Shown in pieces: positions 36,245-37,146 of a DNA stretch of 37,146 nucleotides. Below the pieces are notes generated by a model that saw nothing but the letters and a program-made list of their open reading frames with translations, did no database searches and was not told the DNA's origin. Numbering within the stretch: position 1 is the stretch's first letter; every line of letters begins with the position of its first letter. The stretch spans positions 124,001-161,146 of the forward strand of contig CAJNYD010000403.1 of NCBI GenBank assembly GCA_905331295.1, given 5' to 3'. Made by a program: the position numbers and the translations under genes. Origin of the DNA: Rotaria socialis. Its lineage: Eukaryota.

Positions 36245-36486
36245 ATCCTGCAGCAGGGATCATGCGTAATCTGAAAAATACAAAAGCACCAAAGAAATCC
36301 TGCAAAAATCGCCTTCTGAAGGAAGCATCGTAGAGAATCGTGGAAAGCAGCATTCGATAGCCAGCATCAAGAGATCCATATTGGGCGATTTTTGCTCCAT
36401 CCTGCAACAGGGATCATGAGAAATCTGAAAAATACAAAAGCATCAAAGAAATCCTGCAAAAATCACCTTCTGAAGGAAGCATCGTA
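36245..36486. repeat. 88-bp direct repeat (36245-36332 and 36399-36486, period 154)
   Basis: atcctgca.cagggatcatg...gaaggaagcatcgta occurs twice with about 5 mismatches. Confidence 0.9.
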
Positions 36487-36720
36487 CACTCTAAAAAAAT
36501 AGGTTTTCCACCGAACCCTGGAAAAAGGTTCGGTAGATTTGAAAAAGCATACAAATGCATCATACTGTCTGAAAAACACTTCTTTTTTTCCACGGAACCT
36601 TTAAAGGTTCTTCCGCTGGATACACGGGAAGAACCTTTTGCTACGAAACCTTTTTTAAGTTCTGTACACCAGAAAAAGGTTTAGCAAGAAAAATACAAAA
36701 CCTTTAGGGTTCAGAGTTGA
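36487..36720. mobile_element. Probable non-autonomous DNA transposon fragment (CACTCT... terminus, GGTTC/GAACC motifs)
   Basis: Starts abruptly after TA, where the 154-bp repeat unit breaks off (ta|cactctaaaaaaataggtt). Multiple aaaaggtt and aacctttt inverted motifs. The right end is unclear. Confidence 0.5.
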
Positions 36721-37146
36721 ATTCTAATGGTTTCTTACTAAACCCCAATGGTTTCGTACTAAACCATAGAATTTGTTATGTCAGGAGAGATATCTCCTGA
36801 CATAAGGAGACTGCATGTTCGTATGATATCATCACTGTACATCAATGGCATTCTTACTCCTCTTTCTCAATGGCTCTTTCATCATGGATAACGGACGATA
36901 AAGAATGGAATAAGAGAAAGAGAGAGAATTACATTCTTTGTTGCTTTTTTTGTTTGTAGATTCATTCGCTTGTTTGGTTTTGAAAAGAAAGGAATAAGAA
37001 TAATAAAGAAAACGGGAGAAGGACCTAACAATTTGGTGCACTGGCCGGTGTTGATTGTGTATATGAATTATAAAGAAATAGACGAATTAAACGTTTTGAA
37101 ATTGAAAAAAAAAGAAGATAACTAAGAAACTTATTGGTAGTATGCT

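Overview
AT-rich eukaryotic (animal) genomic DNA with many short GT-AG introns, mostly about 50-70 nt. The gene families present (TPR plus ADP-ribosyltransferase-like, divergent nuclear receptor, intronless LURP1-like) suggest a bdelloid rotifer; this is an inference. The core (3.9-24.1 kb) is a muscle/ion-pump cluster: a myosin regulatory light chain (-), two tandem SERCA Ca2+-ATPase genes (-) and a divergently transcribed Na+/K+-ATPase beta-subunit-like gene (+). SERCA copy A carries a mutually exclusive splice cassette for helix M7 and luminal loop L7-8, in which one 86-nt exon competes with a 37+49-nt exon pair. It also has SERCA2b-like (11th TM helix) and short alternative C-termini. Copy B kept only the divergent M7 exon and has a hydrophilic tail. 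The two copies are a patchwork of identical, intron-containing tracts and diverged tracts, consistent with gene conversion. The flanks hold decayed genes (GPCR, nuclear receptor, TPR-ART), a secreted LURP1/Tubby-like gene and nested DNA transposons (hAT, Helentron-type HINE, MITEs). All exon models were derived by eye and lack transcript support.
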